Shown: positions 62,633 through 64,000 of the stretch, piece by piece
Layout of the letters: each line of letters starts with the position of its first letter
Numbering within the stretch: position 1 is the stretch's first letter
From: Mytilus trossulus
Lineage: Eukaryota
Length of the DNA stretch: 64,000 bases
Direction of reading: 5' to 3'
Assembly (NCBI RefSeq): GCF_036588685.1
Contig: NC_086379.1
Location: 62,310,001-62,374,000, forward strand
The notes under the pieces: generated by a model
Told to the model about the DNA's origin: nothing
Databases searched by the model: none
The model's input: only the letters and a program-made list of their open reading frames with translations
Position numbers and translations under genes: made by a program

Positions 62633-62863
62633 AGTGTACTACTTATACTTTTGTATGTGTTGTTCATTTATAAACTGGTATACAATGATCAAAATACATT
62701 TATCGGAGACCCCATGTTTATAATTTTGTCACTGTTGACTGTACTATTTTTATTAAATTTATTATCGTTGTTCTTTTTTATAGTCTAGAAGTATTTTGTT
62801 TGTTATTCCGTAAATTATAAAAAAGAGAAAGATTAAGTATTTGAATACTATTTGAACTCCAAT

Positions 62864-63130
62864 AGATGTAAGAAGATATAGTATGAGTGCCGTATTTAGA
62901 CAACTATCCATCCAACTCACAATTTATAAAAGTAAACCATTATAGGTCAAAGTACGGTCTAGCTCAAACCGAACAACAAGCTGTAAAGGGCCCCAAAAAT
63001 ACTAGTGTAAAACCATTCAAACGGAAAAACCAACGGTCCAATCTATATACAAACAAGAAACGCAAAACAAAATAAACCACATCAACAAACGACAACTGCT
63101 GAACATCAGATTCATGACTTGGGATAGGTG
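62864..63130 (-). repeat. Interspersed SINE-like repeat, family B
   Basis: Reverse complement of 10080-10268 (GGGCCCC...ACTAGTGTAAAACCATTCAAACGG). Confidence 0.72.
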
Positions 63131-64000
63131 TAAACAATTGCAGAGGGTTTAAAGGTTTCAATGGTACAAAACCTTCATCTGAAACAATAGTGTAACATCA
63201 CAACATAGAAAGACACACTATAAAATATCAGTGGAAAAGGCTTAACTCAATAATCAAAAGACAAATTAACACAAGGAGACATGTTTTTGAAGGTTTGAAT
63301 GAGTAATTTTCATTTCCGTACTCAATATGTCGGATGAAATTTGATTAAAAAGGGAAGAACGTCGGCATTTTCAGAAATCATGGCCATGTATTAAGTTAAG
63401 CCTTCCGATCAACCGGGAAGTCTAATAGTCATGTTTATCCTTGATTTGATTAGACATTTTCCATAACATGTTGAAGTTGGACTTTTCGTGGAAATGTAAT
63501 ATGGTTTAGCAATTTATATACTTTCGTAGGTTTATTAGATAAAAAGTGATATGAATCAGAAGTTAGAAACTGCATGGCCTTCAATAGTGAAAAAACTCAT
63601 AGACAGCTGCAAAAGGTCTCGGTGTGACGAATGTAAAACTATTCAGACGAATAAACTTACGGCCTGATTTAAGTACAAAACAATAAATGAAAAAAACAAA
63701 TATTTTAACTACAAATGACAACAACTGAATCAAGGACTACCGACTTTGAAGAGGCACGTAAATAATGTGGCGGGTAAATTTTCAACATGTTTACAGACGC
63801 CCAAGCCTCTCCTTAACCCTGGGACAATTCAATTTTAACAAATGATATAGAAATAAGAATCGGATGGAGTATGAATGTCAACAAGCCAATTTAAGGGAAA
63901 AAAATGTACAGTTCAACAATGTGCAACACACATACCGTATAGCATGTAAACCATTAAAGACCCCCGAAACAACAAACAATCTGTCTTTAAAATAGATTCA

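Overview
AT-rich, repeat-laden animal genomic DNA, most likely a bivalve mollusc (Mytilus-like; inferred from gene content and repeat style, not verified). The first ~38 kb hold a tandem array of eight intact, highly divergent Cys-loop (nicotinic-receptor-like) pentameric ion-channel subunit genes: six on the minus strand, then two on the plus strand, with genes 6 and 7 head-to-head across 323 bp. Seven have a single coding exon; gene 1 carries one 2169-bp intron made of minisatellites and a MITE. None has the loop C vicinal cysteines or the loop D Trp of the acetylcholine site, and two lack the -1' Glu of cation channels, so the array is a candidate chemosensory or orphan-ligand receptor system, architecturally like the cephalopod chemotactile receptor arrays. 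The right part holds a multi-exon synaptotagmin-17 orthologue on the minus strand. Intergenic and intronic DNA includes a Penelope-like RT fragment, an L2/CR1-group LINE fragment, another LINE 3' end, a non-autonomous Helitron, several MITEs, a tRNA-derived SINE-like element, one intact and one core-mutated minimal hammerhead ribozyme, and satellites, one of which (58-bp unit) was amplified from inside the retroelement 3' module.
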